Origin: Chromera velia
Lineage: Eukaryota
DNA length: 57,076 nt
Assembly: GCA_018398765.1 (NCBI GenBank)
Contig: JAHBMJ010000122.1
Location: 1-57,076 of the forward strand
Direction: 5' to 3'
The notes below the pieces were generated by a model. That model was not told where the DNA came from. It worked only from the letters and a program-made list of their open reading frames with translations, and searched no databases. The position numbers and the translations under genes are program-made. Shown here piece after piece: positions 17,126 through 31,044 of the stretch; positions within the stretch are counted from its first letter, which is position 1; each line of letters opens with the position of its first letter.

Positions 17126-18372
17126 TTAAAAAAGTTGAATCAAGGTCGTGCGTGGGAGCTTTCCGGAAACCCGCGCCTCTATAATTGCTTCCGTACTCCC
17201 TGTAAAACGATAGACATCATATGGAATACACAGTCTCTTTAGAAGGGGCAGACCCTTCTGACTTTCAACGACTGCTCTCATCAGAGCCTCCATACCTTTC
17301 CCCCCCACACTCTGGTTCCCATCCAAGTTAAGAACACGAATTCCACACAGATTGCCCACCCGCACGGCTTCTGCTAACAGAAGCATGTCGGCGTCATTCA
17401 GGTGGAAGTGCAGTAGTGACAGTTCAGAAAGGAGACTCAGATTTGGAAGACTCAGGGTTTTCAAAAAAGTGAGTTTCGATTCCTTGAAAACCTGGAAAAC
17501 CTGCCCGTGTAGCGGCCCCCACACGCCGGCAACCTCCAACTTTCTGAGAAACCCTAACTGTCCCCTCTCCATTCCCTTCGCGAGCAGTCTCAAACACTCC
17601 CACTCACCAGGATCAAATCCGTACCCTGTCTGGATTCTCAGCTCCAACGTTTTCGGATTTGCACCCGTATCGCCCCGCTCCTCCAAAACCCGTCTCAAAA
17701 AATCCCTCAGTCTTGACGGGGACAGGTCGAGGGCAAGCGTCAATGAGTGGATGGACGGAAAGCGGCCCTACCACAGAGCAACCACCTCGTCGTTGCCTGT
17801 ATGCATTCTCAGGTGCAGGTGTTCGAGCGCAGGGCACTCATCAGATCGGAGTGCAGCCAGAAAATCGGAGACGGCTTGGGGGTCCCACCCGCCCCTCTCT
17901 CTCATCATCACATTCAGATTCTTCAGACGAGGCACACACTCGACACGGAGAACCTCCCCCAAATCGCCCAACCCAGAGCCCCCTGCTATCCCATTCCCCT
18001 GCAAATCAAGACTCTCCAAATTCGGAAGGTCACCTCTGCCGAGAACTGACGCAGGCAGCGCAACATCAGATCCGCCAAGGAGACAGTCTCTCAACAGCAG
18101 CTCGCGGAGACGGGGGACAGAGGCAACACAGAGCACGTCGGAACAGAGAACGTCAAATCCTTCCATCCCCAGTCGGTTGTTGGATAGGTTCAGCGTCTCT
18201 ATCTGCGGCAATCCCGTCTCCTTGATAGCCTCGCAAAACATCTTCAGCACTTCCTTTTCGAGCCTCACGTTTTCGAGGTCTAGCTTCCTGAGGGAGCATA
18301 CCATCCCGTCTCTGATCGCCTTTGTGAGGATCTGGAAGTCATCCAAGCCGAAACTTGGTCCGAAAGGGTTGC
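17126..18372 (-). pseudogene. Terminal exon of an RNI/NLR-like leucine-rich repeat gene with an in-frame TAG. Further decayed upstream exons probably extend to ~21.2 kb
   Basis: LRR units LRKLDLENV, IETLNLSNNRLG, LRELLLRDCLLG, LESLDLQGNGI and IRVLNLDGNQSVG. ORFs 17768-18571 and 17126-17743 share a frame across the TAG at 17768-17770. Confidence 0.75.
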
Positions 18373-19789
18373 CTGCATGAGAACGGGCAGAAAGAAAAAC
18401 GCGTTGATAGGCTGAAAACTGAAGCATCGAGTGACAGAGAGACCGTGAGAGGCTGCTTATTGATGGGTGTCTCGCCCAGGCGGCAATCTTTAAAGGGTAA
18501 ATAAGGCCGAAGGACCCACGTGCATAAATTGCACTGGGAAGGAAGAGAAGACTGATTGATTCCTTTTGCAAACGAACACACGAGAGAAAATCGGAGGATT
18601 GGGTGACTCTTGACGGACTGGTGGAAAACTCAATTCAGTTCACTCATCAGACGCTTTTACGGATTCCACAACACCAAAGAAAAAGACAAACCGTTCAAGG
18701 ACAAGCTCTCCAGAGACGCTAGAAGGAGAGGGAGGAGTCTAGGGTCTTCTCTCGCTCTGATGCTGTTCTCTGCATGACATGAGAGAGAGGATGTCTTTTC
18801 ATGGGTTCGAGAAGAAAAGAAGAAGACTGATCGAGGACTGCCGACAGAAAACGAAAAGACGCAAAGGCTGGACGAGAGACAAAACCCTTCAGGCAGCAGT
18901 CTTTTGTTCGCTTTCGCTACACACATACGATACGGAAGCATTCGGCTGACTTCTCTCCTGTCAACGAATTATTATCCACTCACCCTCAAAGATGAAACTC
19001 TTCAGTTCTGGGGTCCTCTTTCGCCCCATTCTGGCAGCCTTCAGCCTCTCGAGAAACCCAACGAGCAAAGGGAGCAACCCTCCCCGCACCCACATGGAGC
19101 CTGCATGCGCACACCAACCGAGAGACTCTCGTCCTCTCTCGATCGCCATGCAGTCGATCGCAAAATGCAATTGAGGGTCCCCTCACCCGGACGACCAGAA
19201 TGCATTCCCGAAACTCAAACAAATAAACAAACAACGGCCATCTCGTTCCTTCAACTAACGTACAGAGAAAACGACAGACCAAAACAGATAGGTCGAACAG
19301 ACAGAAAAGAAAAGAACAGAAGAGGTGTCCGACCAACACCACCCACCGAATTTCACTTCCTCAACGGCGCTCTCCTGTAGGCAGTCGAGAAAGAAGAACA
19401 TCTTCTTGACTGAGATGTTGAATTTCCCTGCAAGTACAGACGGTGCATGACAGAGCAGAAAGACAACAATCATACAACACGGATGGAGGCTATCGAGACG
19501 CCCTGCCTGGTTCGAGTCCTGAGGTGCTTACTCCACTCTCCACACAAATCCTGATCAAACTTGTTACATGCCGGGGAAGACGCGACGAAGGAGGGCCGAA
19601 CGAAAAAGTCTGTCACGTCCCTTGGGACACAGGACAGAGTGGAGAAGAGGGAGACGTGCAGAAGGACCTTGATTGCGCAAGTCACTGGGAGCTACACCAT
19701 CTATGTCTGACACTCTCGCTCAATGATCTATCTCACCTGAGAGGTCGAGAAATCGGGGGAGATGGATGCCGACCTTCCCATGGGCCTTT

Positions 19790-19916
19790 TTCTGCACACA
19801 CATACATACACAAACACAGACGCAAACACAAACACAAACAGAAACACATACACACGTACACACACAGACACACACTCAACCACCCACCTACACACACACA
19901 CACACACACACAGAGG

Positions 19917-19950
<34 letters not shown>

Positions 19951-20008
19951 TAAACACACACAGCTAAACTCACACAACTAAACACACACAGATACACACA
20001 CAGATACG

Positions 20009-20061
<53 letters not shown>

Positions 20062-20098
20062 ACACACACGCACACGCACACACACACACACACACACA

Positions 20099-20160
<62 letters not shown>

Positions 20161-20532
20161 GAAGAAGGAAAGAAGACACAAGCAGCCAACAGTGCCGAAT
20201 ACGTCCGAGTCACAAAAAAAAGAGCGCGTTGTGCTTTTCGTCTTCTGTTCCTAGATCCTCTCCAGAGGAGACCTCCGTGAGAAGCAGATCAACCACTGGT
20301 TGCTCGTCTATAGGTGCACCTTTGTACAGGCTATGGCTTGTCACCAGGAAGCTTACATCACACAAGGAACGCACAGGAGCAAGCCAAGAAAGGAGAAAAC
20401 TTAGTAAGAAGAACCAAAGGAGAGAATAAAAAAGAGAAGAAGGAGAAGAGGCAAGTGGCAAGCGAAAAAAAAATAGACCGACAGAGTAGGCAAGGAGAAA
20501 GACACGGAAGAAGACAAGCAAGAAAGAGGGAG

Positions 20533-20607
<75 letters not shown>

Positions 20608-20800
20608 AAAGAAAAGAAAGAACGAACGAACGAACGAACGAAAGAAAGAACGGAAGACCGCAAGAAAGAACGAAAGAGAGAAAGAAAGGAAGAAAGAAAG
20701 AAAGAAACAAACAAACGAACAACAGACAAACAGACAAACAAAGAAACGCAGGAAGGTAAGATTGATGGAAGGAAGGAAGGAAGGAGGGAAGGAAGGAAAG
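19790..20800. repeat. Compound microsatellites (AC)n/(AG)n/(GC)n and (GAAA)n/(GGAA)n
   Basis: Directly visible. They explain the many low-complexity ORFs here. Confidence 0.9.
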
Positions 20801-21589
20801 GAGGCACCCGTCTCTATGAAACGTTCACCATGCACCCAGATCAGACATCTGACTGACCCTTCCGTAAAGCCAGACACACAGCCAGGCAAGTCCGAAAGAG
20901 TCCCTCTCCTTCAGGAGGCCGGAAAGAGTCTGCATGTGCACATGAAGCGTGCATCCACAATTACCCGATTATGACAGTGAAACACCACTTCAAAAATGAA
21001 GATCACAGCCAAAGCACTGAGACAGAAAATGAGCCAGAGAGGTGCTGTGAATTACAAGGCCCGGCAGCCACGCACCTCTGCAGTCAGGCAAGCATGGCCG
21101 AACACCACATACAGCTCGTTCTTCTTCTCCGCAAGTCCCCTGTCGCTGCTTTGTGAATGCTCTTCGACTGCGAGCAAAAACGGCATGCAGAAGGAAAATT
21201 TAAGGGGAGAAGGGAAAAATGAGTTGAACCCAAAAAAGACAGACAGGACTCTTCGTATCAGGGGGCGGGGAGACCCAAGAAGACGCACCCAGAGGCGGAG
21301 TCTGTGGAGAATTGGCTGATTGTGACATGCTTCCGGAAGAAATGATACGATGCACTCAGCGCCTCTCACTTGGCGTCTCCCTCTTGCTGGAGACGGCAGA
21401 ACACAAAGAAGAATCCACTGCCAAAAGAGATCTAATCGTCACGACCCGGTGACTTTGGACTAAAACCTTGCCCTTCCTCCACGAATGCCATGTAAGATGA
21501 GTGAGTGTGTAACTGTCTGTTTCGTGTAACTTGTGAAATTTGGCCTCTTCACACTGAGCGAAGCGTGAAGAATTAAGCTGACTCGTCCC

Positions 21590-21720
21590 GGCCATGCATA
21601 TTCTCGCAACGCGGCCCCGGCCGCCGCGGCGCGCGTCGCGGCCCCGCGCGGCCCTGCTTGCATGCATGCGTCTATACCGTCCATCTTTCCATATTCTTTC
21701 CATGCATGCATGCAGCATTT
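21590..21720. promoter_or_regulatory. GC-rich island flanked by TGCATGCA motifs in the divergent intergenic region
   Basis: GCGGCCCCGGCCGCCGCGGCGCGCGTCGCGGCCCCGCGCGG with TGCATGCATG at ~21659 and CATGCATGCATGCA at ~21701. Confidence 0.45.
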
Positions 21721-22107
21721 TCCAGCTGGGTTCCTCAGTCAGACATTTCGAACCTGTATATTTGCAAAAAGACTCAAAAGAGTATATATATATGATTCCG
21801 AACTGACTTTTCTGACTCGATCAGAAGAAGGTAGAATCGACTTTCAAAGTAAGAGATCAGCTGCAAAAAGGAGGCACGCATGTCCTTTGTCGATCAGCAA
21901 CCAACAATGCGCTCGCGGGTCGATGTGGAGTTGTGAAAATTGCATCTTCCAGACACGCGATCGGTACAGACCCAGAACCAAACTCGGATCGTTTGTTGAA
22001 CTCTTTGTACGTCCATTTGCAGCATGATGAGGAGACTATCCAGTGACTTTGTGTAGACGGCTGCAGCACTGACAAGCACACTGTCAGTCAAGGAGACATC
22101 GACCAGC

Positions 22108-25100
22108 ATGGCGTTCTTTCTTGACATTGCGAATCAGCTGAATGCTGCCATGGAGGGAGAGCCGTCTATATCAAGCGAGGACGCGACCAGCAGCAGCGAT
22201 GCGAGTGCACCCCCTCCGCCGAATCCATTCCCTCCTCAGTCCACAGCCGCAAGCACGAGCGTGCCCGAGACCCACAAGATGCACAAAGCAAAGGTGCCAA
22301 GCCTCCGACTAGACAACCTGAGTAAACCCACTCCCTCGAGAAGACGTCAGACGTCCTCTGCTGAGGGTGCCTCTTCCTCTACAGCAGCGAAGAAGGCCAG
22401 CGTGGTCGCTCCCCCAGACCCTCCTTCGTCGTCTTCCCAAGCGAAGAAGGAAAAGCCACGGCCGATGTCAAGGGAATCGATCAAGTTCCTTATGCCAGCA
22501 GACGACGACGAGGCCTTCCAGATTCCGAACATTCCGTCCATCACTCCCGAGTCCGAACAAATGAAGCACTTTGACGAGGAGATCAGATCCAGTCTGATGA
22601 TGATCAACAGAGCACCCTCCACCCCGGGGGCACGGAGACTCCCGGAAGATGAGGCAGAGATCAGACGACTGATGATGGGAAACGAGCAGCTCCTAGAGGC
22701 AAAGAAAGGACTCGAGCAGAGGTGAGGCAAGCACAGACTAAATACAGACGTTTTCGTGTCTCTGCACCTTTCGGGGACGAGCAGTCTGAGTTCAGTGAGA
22801 AGTGCTTCATACACTCATCCTGGTTTTCTCTCCGTCTACTTCTCGGCATTTTCTCTCTGCTTTTTTTTCTCTGCGGATGGATAAATTCAAGAGAGCGTGA
22901 TCCTCTTTCTTGTTTAATTCTCTCGTGCTGGCTGTCCATCCTTTCCCTTCCTTCAGGTTGGCATCCTCTTCCAAAGACGCGGAAGAGTTGAAGGCAGACA
23001 GAGACGCCGCGATCAATAAAATGACCGACATGGAAAAGGCGAAGAACGAGGCAGATCTCCGCAATGGGGACATGGAGCTGCAGTTAGAGGAAATAAAATT
23101 GAAACTTCAGATGGCTCGTGCGTCTGCAGATCGGGTGGAAGACCTGGAGAGAGACCTCCAGCATAGAGAGAGGGAGGCTCAGCTCGAGAGTGCGCGTGTG
23201 AGGGGGGCGAGAGGGTCTGCAGACAGGGACGGGGAACTGGCAGCTGCAGAGGTGAGAGAGAAGGCGTTGAGAGAAGAACTGTCGGAGCTCAGAGGGAAGT
23301 GTGAGGAGATGGAAGCGTTGAGAGAAATGGCAGAGGGATTGAAGGAGGAGTTGGGGGGTGTCAAGAGGGAGGCAGAAGAAAGCACGTCAAGGCTTCAAGA
23401 AGAGGTAGAGAAGGTGCGGGAGGAGGCAGAGCAGGCCCAAAAGCGTCAAATGGAGGAAGCAGCAGAGAAGAGGTCGTTACAGGAAGAGACAAGAAAGTTG
23501 GAATCCCGGATTGCAGAGATGGAAGGAGAGAAGGTGTTGTTGAAAGTTGAGAGAACAAAGCTCGAAGCTGCAGTCAAGCAAGAGCAGAGACGAAACTCAG
23601 CTCCCTCATCTGCCCCATCTGGAGAGGAGGATGCAGCTCGTTTGTCTGTCTCTGCTCTGACGTCTCCAGGCAGAGAGGGGGGAGAGGGGTTGGCAACCAG
23701 TAAAGGGGAGGGAGAGGGAGGGGATTTGGACTTTCCTGCTGATATTTTGGGAGAGTTGGAGAAAGCCGGAGAGGCACTAGCACGCGGGCAGACTGGTCGG
23801 TCGGGCCGTTTGCAGAAGAAGTTGCAAGAAGCTCGAGAGAGGGCCAAAAAGGCCGAGAAATCTCTTGAAGAGACCAAGAAAGAGAATGAGAATGTGAAGG
23901 CCCGTCTCCAAGCAGTAGAACAAGAAAGCGCAGAACTGAAAGAGCGCCTCGCTCTCGAAGCAGACCCCCATTTAAACCCCCCCCGTGGAGGCCGCCCTGT
24001 CCTGTCGGATTCTGCCCCCTCGTCCTCTTCCCCCTCTTCCAGAGGCAGAGGTCCCGCCCCTCCCCCGACAGCCCCCTCTCCTGATATGACAGCCCTCTGG
24101 CAGGATGAAAGGGAAGCTCTCAGGCGTCGCATTCGCGATCTAGAGCAGACAGCCCGAGAGGAAAAACGAAGCAGAGAGTCCGAGAAGACAGAGCAGCAGG
24201 AGGCGCTCCAAGAAGCCCAGACCAGGGTGAGGGAGCTCGCAGAGGAGGTGGAGGCAGCAAACCGCGACCTTGCAGATGCCCAATCCGCCCAAGCAGAAGC
24301 TGACCAGACCGTTGGTGGTGTCAGGGAACGTCTAGCGACTGCATTGAACAGAGCCACAGATGCAGAGACGCAGTTAGAGGAGGCCCAAGAAAGGCTCTCC
24401 ATTGAGACTGAGAAAGCAGCTGAGGGCATTCAGCGAGCGGAGCAGGCAGAGGCAGCGCTCGCCGAGATAAGGGAGTTGAAAGAAGAGTTGGAGGGAGAGT
24501 TGAAAGCTGTGATAAAGGCAAAGAACGGAGCAGACCAGGCAGCTGCTGCCTCCTCTGCAGAGGCCACTGCTCTCCGAGAGTCCCTTTCCTCTCAGACAGA
24601 AGCAGAAAAGGCCCAGATAGAAGCCCTGAGGAAAGAGCTGAGTGCCACCCAGCAGGCACAAAGACGGGCAGAGGACAGAATAGAGGTGCTTGCAGGTGAG
24701 ATGGATCTCCAGAAGACCCGAGACACGATCCGCACCCAAGAAATGGCAGAGGAGTTGGAGGCCTCACGGGGGAAGGTAGCTGAGCTCTCCGCAGAAAGAA
24801 ACCGTCTCCTCGCGACCCTTCAGGAGACAAGTGAGAGACTGGAGCGGCTTGCAGACGCCGAGAGTCACCACTCCCTCCTTGAATCCCGTCTCTCCTATCT
24901 TGAAAAGGAGACCACAAAGCAGCAGACGGCCCTTGAAGCAGAGCAGCAGACAGTCTCCCGTCTCACGGGAGAGCTGGAGACTGCCGTTGCGGCAGAGAAG
25001 GCAGCCAAAGCAGACGAGGCAGCTGCAAAGGCTGCCCTGTCGGAGTTAGAGTTCCGAACTGCAGAGTTGTCAAAAAGGGTGGAAGAGTTGCAGGAAGAGC

Positions 25101-28100
25101 AGGCTGCCTCTGCAGCACAAGCCGGTCATGCAGAGGAGGAGGCTGCCGCTCTCAAAGACGCCACGGTCCGTATCCCTTCCCTCGAGGAAGAATCTGCTGT
25201 TCTGCAGGCACAGTTGAAGGAAGCACAAAGCACGTGTGAGGCTGCGCAGGCAAGAGAAGAGACGCTTCAGTCGGAGATGGAGGCATTGAGGGACGCATTG
25301 ACAGAGGCACGTGCGGAGGCAGAGACATTGAGTCGCAAGATTGAGGAGTCTGCTCGATCTGAGGCCTCGGCAGTTGCTCGTCTGTCCGAGCAACTGGCAG
25401 AGAGGGAGACCGAGCTGGCCTCTCTAGATGCGTCGAAGAGTGCCGCAGAGACGGCAGCAGCCTCTGCCAACGAGGAAATTGCACGTCTATTGCAGGAGAC
25501 GGAGACGTTGAGAAAGGAGGTGGAGGATACGAAGTCGTCCCATGAGAAGGAAAGTGGGGGTTTGCAAGAGGAGATAGAGGCTTTGCGATCTGGACTTGAG
25601 AAGGCCGTCAAGACCCGGGAGTTAGTCACTGCCCGTCTGAAGGAAGAGGCAGAGGGGGTACGGAGAGAGTTTGAAGAAAAGATTGCAGAGAAGGAAAAGG
25701 AAGCAGCAAAGTTACAAGAGAAGTTGAGAGAGATCAAAAGAACAAAAGAGGACGAGGTGACAAAGCATCAACAGGAGACAGCGACAGTCAGGAAGGAATT
25801 GGAGGACGCCGTCAGGCAGAAGGAAGCAGAAGTAGAAAGGCTGCAAGAAGCAGAAAGAAAGTTGCGGAGTGAGTTTGAAGGAGTCCTGTCGTCGAAGGAA
25901 AGTGAGAAAGGAAGGTTGCAAGAAGAGCTGGCATCCGTTCGTGAGGAATTTGCCTCTACCCTGGCAACCAAGGAGAAGGAGGAGGCCCGTTTGAAAGAGG
26001 AGGCAGCGTCACTTCGAAAGGAATTGGGGGAGATGGTCACAGCGAGGGAGGGAGACACTGCACGGTTGCAAGAGGGGGCTGCAGCCCTTCGTCAGGAGCT
26101 TGAGAAGGCGATTGCCTCAAGAGAAGAAGAAGCCGCCCGCTTGCAGAAGGAAACAGCATCCCTTCGCAGAGAGCTTGAGGAGACGGCCAAGGCGAGGCAA
26201 GAGGAGACGGCGGGTCTGAGAGAGAAGCTCGCGGCCTCTCGAACTGAAATAGAAGAGATTCAAAAGAAAGCAGAAGAGGGAGAAAGAGCCGTGTCCTTAT
26301 TGCAGGAAGAGAAGAGTACTGCCCTGTCCCGGGTCTCTGCCCTAGAGGCCCAATTGTCTGAAGCAGAGAGGCAGCTTCGTGTCGAGCGGGAGGCTGCCCA
26401 GAGAGAGAAGGAAGAGGGAGAAGAGTCCTCGCAGAAAGAGCTGTCAGATCTGCGCAGTGCTCATAGCAGCGCCTCAGCAGAGACTGCCCGTCTGACTGCA
26501 GACCTCTCCTCCCTTCGCTCCAAACACTCCGCACTCGAACAGGAACACCAGAAGACGGCCAGTGAGCTCGCAGCAGCCGAGACAGAGAAACGCAAAGTCT
26601 CCTCGACCCTCACAGCCGCCCAAAAACAACGCAAAGAGCTGGAGGCAAAGGCATCTGCTGCGGCTGTGGACTTGCAGAAGGCAGAAGCGTCTGCAGAGAA
26701 GGAGAAGGCTGCTGCTGCCCGTTTGCGTTCTTCCTTGGAAACAGAGAAGCGCCAGGTCGAGAAGTTGAAGAAGGAGTTGGACCAGGCAAAGCAGAGTCTC
26801 CAAACAGCAACCTCAGACCACACTGCATCTGCAAAAGCCCATCGGGACAAAGTTGAGGCTCTAAGGAAGGAGTTGGAGGAAGGCCATAAGGGCAAGATAG
26901 AGGCATTGCGAAAAGAACTCGAATCGAAAATTCAGTCCCAAGCAGAAGCGTTGGGACAAAAAGTTAAAGAAGCGAATGATTTGAGAGTGAGGGCAGAAAC
27001 AGCAGCGAAAGAGGCGGAGAAGGAGAGACACAGAACTGTGGAGACCATGAACAGAAAGCAGGAGGAAGAGAAGGAAAAGACTGCGACGGAAAAAGACAAG
27101 CTCACAGCAGTCGCTAAGAGAGCACAAGAGGATGCAACCGCCATCTTGCGCGAGGCTGTTCGCATCTTCCCTTCCCTTTCCGAGAGCTGCAGTCGCCCCG
27201 CTTTGTCTCTCCTGAAGGATCGGGCAGGCACTGCTCTTCCGGTCACTCTGCAGGCAGAGGCAGCACGAAGAGAGTGCCTGCAGATCATGAAGACACTGCC
27301 TGTGGTGGTTCCCAAGGCTGCTCAGACGGAAACCCATCCCATTCCAGAAACAGCAGCAGCAGAAACAGAGACTGCCTCCCCATCTGCACTCCAGAGAGTC
27401 ACCGCCGAAGCCCAGGCTCCAGAGAGCCGCCTGAAGGAGACAGACGGCACAGAACAATCAGTCCGTCCTCTCTCCTCAGGAGGTCCTGTTGAATTCTCCC
27501 ATTCTCTCGTCCCTGCTTCTGCGGCGTCTGAGGTTCCCATCGTCACAGGCACCCCCTCTGAAGAAGCACACCAAGGTGTATCATCAGAACCGAGGGAGTC
27601 CGTGAATTGCCTTACAGCTGTCATAGGCCGCACAGCAGTAGCAACAGCAACTGAAAGCGAAGCAGAAGGAGACCATATTCTTCCCCCACCCAGCCCTGAA
27701 GGTTCCAGTGCGTACATGACTCCGGCCTCATTTGTCGTTAGGGAAGCAGGGGGAGGTGTTGAAGCTCTCATGCCCCCATCAGTTGACGACGTCACTGCCG
27801 CCTCCGGGGCTCCTCACATGGAAGATTCCCTGCAATGGAACAATCTCCGTGCAGAGAACGCCAGGCTGAAGGCTGCCCTCAAGACAGATGCGCGTGCCAG
27901 AGAGTACCTCACTGAGCACACGAAACCCCAACGAGACTCGACGGCCCTGAAGACGGCCCCTACAGTCTCCCCCTCCCCAGCCCGACAGTCCCTCCTTGTC
28001 CCCTCCCATCTGCCCCCTCTTTCCAGTGCTGTGTCGGAGATTGAGGGCACTACTTCCGTTCTGCAGTCTGCAGATCTGGAAGCTCTGGGGATATTCAACA

Positions 28101-30356
28101 GCGAGGCCCTTGACAGGATGCAGCCGAGAGGGGCCGAAGAGATAGGAGAAGTGGGTAGCAGAGTTGACGAGGAGGTTCTGTCCCTCCACCCCACCGTGGC
28201 TGTGCAACAACGCACCCCCATGCCTCACCTCCCCACACAGACCCCCCTCTTCCAAGTCTTTCCGTCCATGCCCTCAGGAAGCAGCGCGTCTGCCCCCCCC
28301 TTCGTTGCAGCTGCGTCTGGCCCGATCGGTCAGGCTGCTGCGAAACTTCACCTCGAGTTGGGGGACCTCAACAGAGCACTCAGAGCACGACTTGCTCTTC
28401 CGGTGTCACAGCCGCATCAAACACCCGTCCCTTTGCGTCCTCGGGGTTTCGGTCCCCCCACTTTCCTTCCTCCTCAGGTCTCCCCTATGAATCTGAATTT
28501 CTTTGTGCCCCTTGATTCCGTTCCCGAAAGGTCAAAGACACGCTGCGAGAAAGCCCTGTCTCCGTTGTATCCTCCCAAACACTCACACTGCCACAGGGTG
28601 GGATCTGTCTCCCCTCCTCTCTCAGGAGGGAGGGCAGAGGGAGGTGCTGACCCTTTCAGGCAGCCTCGTGCTGTGGCGTCTCGGGGGGGGAACCGGACGT
28701 TCGGATTTCGGGAGTCGTCTGTGCGGGGTCCCGGGCGGTCGGCGCATCAGTGGGCCAAGCAGATGCACTCCCATGTGAGTGGGGACCAGGCCCGGAAGCT
28801 TGAGGCACTCGAGAGTGTGGTGCTTCGTCTGGGTGCACTCCGACAGAGACTGTAGGAGGAGGAGAGGTTAGAAGCAGGAGAGAGGGGGGAGATAGGTCGC
28901 AGCCCCCTTTCTCTGGGTGGGCGTGCGTCTCCTGAAAGAACTGTCGCCTCTCCCCTGGCAGAGCTGCGCATCCACCTGAGGGCAGCCAACAGAGCCCTGG
29001 AGTCCACAGACAGACAGAAGGCTGTGATGGAGCAAACGGGGGGGGTGGACTCGGACCCTCCTCTCGAGGCTGTGTGGCTGAGGGGGGGGGTACAGGAGAT
29101 TGATCGGCGCTTCGTCTCGTCACTTCGGACTTATGAGAGTCAGTCAACTCGAATGGATGGATGAATGGATGGATGAATGGATGAATGAGTAATGGAAGAT
29201 GGAAGAAAAGAAGGGAGGCTCCTTTTTCTTTCTTCCTCTTTCTTCCCCATGAATCAGCCTTCTTCGTTTCTGTCAGTGAAAGAGGGTTGGTGATCTTCGT
29301 TTGTTCCAGGCAGCTGCCTCCTTCTTTCCTTCCTTCCTTCCTTCCTTGCTTCCTTCCTTCCTTCCATCCTTTTTTTCTTGGTTCGTGCGTTTTTTTCTTG
29401 CTTGCTACCTCCCCTTTCTTGCTTGCTTGTTTCCTTCCTCTATTTTGTTTCTTATCTCCACGAAGCAAGAGGGTTTGCATGCAGTCATTTCCTTTTCTTC
29501 CCTTTTCCTGTCTGCTCACTCACTCATTCCTGCAGAAGTCGACAATGCACGCTCTCCACCACGTCCCCTGAAGCCTGTTGCAATGCGGCCACTAGGCACC
29601 AGGGACCCTGGTCGAGCGGGTCTTTCTCCTTCTCCTGAAGGGGAGGGGGGGGCTGTGGCTGTTTGTGCCATCTGTGGGACTCGCTCTCCGTCCCCCAGTA
29701 GGCCCTCCTCTCCCTCTCCTGGCTCTGGGGGGGGAGAAGGCAGGCAGGCCAAGGCAGGCAGTCCCCTCGCATCCCGTCTAAATGCGCTGCAGGGCGCCCA
29801 CCTGTTGTCTGGCGCTTCCAGACTGGAGGCTCGGGAGCTGGAGAGGCAACAGGCACAGCAGAAGGCGGTGGAGGGGGGAGGAAGCGATCAAGCCAGTGAC
29901 ACGACTGCAGTTCATCTGGAGGACAAACAGGCGCCAACAGGGGTGCGGGGGGTCAGTCAAGTGCCAGAAGACGTACTAGATTTTGGGGTCGTGGGGGAGA
30001 CCAGTTTGGCAGTCTTGCCTCAGGAGGGCTTGAGTGGAGGTGTAAATATTGACAGGGGTCTCGAGGCAATGCAGATGCAGGCACTGAACCTTCCAGGCCC
30101 AGGGTTGGCAGAGCAGCTGGTTGCACGCTCTGTGCAGCGAATTTACGGCATTATAGACGAGTTGGTTGCAGAGGAGCTTGAACATTTTCGTTCTCAGAAG
30201 CAGGCGCTCCTCGAAGGGCGTCTCCCCCATTGGGCCCTTCAGGACGGCCGAGCGCCCAGAGGGTCCAGTCCCCCTCCTGCCTTCCTTCGTTCTCCTCAGG
30301 CTGGGTTGAAGAAGAATGAGCGAGGAGGAAACGTAAGAAGAGGAGTTCGTACCTGA
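22108..30356 (+). CDS. Very large coiled-coil protein. Exons 22108-22721, 22957-29138 (contains an in-frame TAG at 28853-28855) and 29536-30356
   Basis: About 1400 aa of E/A/K/L-rich coiled-coil-like sequence. The exon 1-2 junction AG|G keeps the frame. The frame continues 94 codons past the TAG to a GTCAGT donor that is phase-compatible with the 29301-30356 ORF. Confidence 0.75.
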
Positions 30357-31044
30357 TCTCAATTGAGAACGCAGACACAACTGGAGATACAATGAATTTT
30401 AATCGCAAAGGAGAGGGAGTTAAAACGTGTTTATACTGTCTTTTACAAGTATTTTCTGCTCATTTTACACAAACGCGCGTTTGATTTGCGTACTTAACTA
30501 TATGTTAAGCAACTCAGCTACACTAAGCTGCTAGCTAAGCTGGCCGGTCAGCATGCAATACTAGATGCAATAAATTGCTAGTAATTAATTATGATAGCCC
30601 CTAGTGGGCCTAGCCTAAGGATAGCCCTAGTGCTAGCTCTACTAGTAGCGATGGCCTTACCGTATAGGAGTACACATTCTTAACTGGATTCTTTAAACTC
30701 TATCATCACTGGCATTTAGATTGATTGATCGATTATTTTATTAGCCAGGCTTAAATATATAAACTCGGTAGTACATAATATAGTACTAAGTATCTGTAGA
30801 TGCGACTGTAGATGCGACGTACTAGAACATGATTGAGGGTTTTGTTATATATGCATGCCGCATCCCCATATAGAAGGGGCGTTAGAAAGGGTAGATCTAG
30901 CCTAGTTTGTTGACTAGAACTATATCATTTTTAACTATAACTGTATCCTACATAATCGATGCCGGGATTCGACGTATGCGTAGACGCATGCATACGAATT
31001 AACACTTAGAATTCATACTAGAATTTATAATATATGCTTTTAAA

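Noticed and set aside
28853..28855. Genome-wide reassignment of TAG to Gln
   Set aside because: The PRMT1, PGK and Gln-rich 1722-aa Sec12-like models contain no in-frame TAG, and the rhodopsin ends at TAG at the expected length.
22910..28855. Assignment to myosin, SMC or kinesin
   Set aside because: No motor or ATPase motifs are seen, only generic coiled coil.
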